Assembly (NCBI GenBank): GCA_963793425.1
Contig: CAWCAG010000005.1
Coordinates: forward strand, 256,001-320,000
Length of the DNA stretch: 64,000 nucleotides
Source of the DNA: an uncultured cyanobacterium
GTDB lineage: Bacteria; Cyanobacteriota; Cyanobacteriia; Cyanobacteriales; CAWCAG01
Direction of reading: 5' to 3'
The position numbers and the translations under genes are program-made. Shown here one piece after another: positions 62,383-64,000 of this stretch. Each line of letters starts with the position of its first letter. The first letter of the stretch is position 1. The notes under the pieces are model-generated. The model searched no databases and was not told where the DNA came from. It was given only the letters and a program-made list of their open reading frames with translations.

Positions 62383-63192
62383 TTACGACATTTGGAAAAT
62401 AAAAGTTACTTTATCTCCTTTTCCTAAAGCGATGCGATCTCCAGGACGGAGACGGTGACGATTTCCTGAAGATAAAGGAGTATGGTTGACATAAGTACCA
62501 TTAGCACTACCAACATCTTCAAGGAAATAAGTATCTCCTTCTACTCTGATATCAGCATGAATCCGCGAGACAATACTTGAATCAGGAAAACCTGATACAT
62601 CAATATCGGGAGGGATTTTGTCATTAGGTTTACCAAGATGAATGACATCTAAGTTTTGCGGTAATTCAATTTGGGTATCGGTTTGTATATGGAACAGGCT
62701 AGCTGTTTCTACTTGAAGTTGAGTAGAAGAGTTACCAGGTAACGGTGAAACTGGAGGGAGTGTTGAGGGATCAGGAGGAGGAATGACAGGAGTTGGGGGC
62801 ATACTTACTGGTGGAGTACTGGCTTCGACCTCAACTTCAACTTCAACTTCAACTTCAGTTTCTTCTTGGCTTTCACTAGAAGCAACTACTGGAGTTGAAA
62901 TTGGTTCGCTTTCACCAGAAGTGACTGCTGGGGTTGAAACAGGTTCGCTTTCACCAGAAGCAGCAGGACTGCCTGTACTAACCACCGTAGCTGGTAGAGG
63001 ATCGGGAATATCTCCTCCAGTAGCAGCCGTTGGTTCTAAACTTTGACCACATTGACCGCAAAAAGTGGCATCTGTTTGCACTGTTGCGCCACAATTAGGG
63101 CAGCTAGTAGTTTGGGGCAAAGGAGTATAACAAGCTTCACATTGAGTTGCTCCTTCTGGATTTTGATGATCGCAATTGGGACAGGTAATCAT
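62383..63192 (-). CDS. Double zinc-ribbon + FHA domain protein
   Basis: Four CxxC pairs, Pro/Glu-rich linker, VSRIHA...DVGSANGTYVN. Confidence 0.92.
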   Translation of the reverse strand: MITCPNCDHQNPEGATQCEACYTPLPQTTSCPNCGATVQTDATFCGQCGQSLEPTAATGGDIPDPLPATVVSTGSPAASGESEPVSTPAVTSGESEPISTPVVASSESQEETEVEVEVEVEVEASTPPVSMPPTPVIPPPDPSTLPPVSPLPGNSSTQLQVETASLFHIQTDTQIELPQNLDVIHLGKPNDKIPPDIDVSGFPDSSIVSRIHADIRVEGDTYFLEDVGSANGTYVNHTPLSSGNRHRLRPGDRIALGKGDKVTFIFQMS

Positions 63193-63249
63193 AACGCTAG
63201 ATCAATTATTTTATATATACTTCGGGAAATCAAATCTTCACTTAATCTT

Positions 63250-63972
63250 TTAGTTCGGCTTTAGCTCTGCGCCAGCAGCTTTATCTAGCAACCACCATAG
63301 TTCTCCTTCAGGCTGAATTAATCGAGCAGGATAGGCGCTATCATCGGCTTCTGAGGCAAAAATATGAGCTAGGGCTGTTTGTTTGTTTTCTCCAGCTACT
63401 AAGAAAATGACGCATCTAGCCTGATTAATTAAAGGAACGCTAAAAGTTAAGCGAGGTTCGCCACTCTTGTTACCTACTGTAACCAAGCTATCTTTTACTT
63501 TCAAAGCCTCGGTATGGGGAAATAAGGAGGCTGTATGGGCATCATCCCCTGTACCTAAAAGAATAATATCGAAACTAGGAAATTCTCCTGGAGAGAGTTG
63601 AAAAAATTCCTGTAAGTGTTGAGAGTGAGTTTTGGCATCAGCCGCAGGATCTCCCCCTTCTGTAGGCATAGGATGAATGTTACTAACAGGAATGTTAACT
63701 TTATCTAACCAAGCTTGACGGGCCATTCTTTGGTTGCTATCGCTATTCTCGGCTGGAACATAACGCTCGTCTCCCCAGAATACGTGGATTTTTTCCCAAG
63801 GTAAATCTTGAGTTGCGATCGCTTCATATAATGGTTTGGGGGTGCTGCCTCCGGCTAGGGCAATGGTACACATCTCCCTTTCTTGGCAAGCTGAGTGAAC
63901 TCTCTCCAAAATCAGGGAGAGTGACTGCTCTATCAAGGCTGGTTTATCAGCTAAAACTTGGATTTTTCTCAT
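63250..63972 (-). CDS. pgl: 6-phosphogluconolactonase
   Basis: ALAGGSTP, FWGDERYVP, SN, HTASLFP. Confidence 0.95.
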   Translation of the reverse strand: MRKIQVLADKPALIEQSLSLILERVHSACQEREMCTIALAGGSTPKPLYEAIATQDLPWEKIHVFWGDERYVPAENSDSNQRMARQAWLDKVNIPVSNIHPMPTEGGDPAADAKTHSQHLQEFFQLSPGEFPSFDIILLGTGDDAHTASLFPHTEALKVKDSLVTVGNKSGEPRLTFSVPLINQARCVIFLVAGENKQTALAHIFASEADDSAYPARLIQPEGELWWLLDKAAGAELKPN

Positions 63973-64000
63973 TGGTTGTTTGTCATTGATGATTAATAAC

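Overview
Chromosomal DNA from an AT-rich cyanobacterium (ycf4, Ycf23, SLH-porin, XisH/XisI, more than 20 HIP1 GCGATCGC octamers counted by eye, heptamer tandem repeats). The backbone is housekeeping and signalling genes: prlC, rnb, rpsR, rpmG, hemB, cysE, glmU, purT, rph, pgl, tRNA-Ser(TGA), hybrid histidine kinases, and GGDEF/HD-GYP regulators. Four accessory patches stand out. (i) 15.4-19.7 kb: xisI, an xisH broken by a 99-bp TA-flanked MITE, a trypsin-like protease, and a single-polypeptide C5-methyltransferase/nuclease fusion. (ii) 29-37 kb: an NTPase-TPR protein, a BglII-like C-R-M system whose nuclease seems to start at ATT, and an EF-G 3' fragment next to a tnpB-only IS605-family element. 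That element has mismatched flanks, nested GC-rich mini-repeats and a hairpin-perfecting inactivating mutation. (iii) 41-45 kb: two tandem secreted LRR genes converging on a CHAT protease with a degenerate DUF4157-like leader. (iv) 46.8-47.9 kb: two near-identical small-RNA cassettes (promoter, ~53-nt RNA, terminator) and a porin preceded by a perfect TGATAATnATTATCA box. All calls come from reading motifs by eye; no database search was run.
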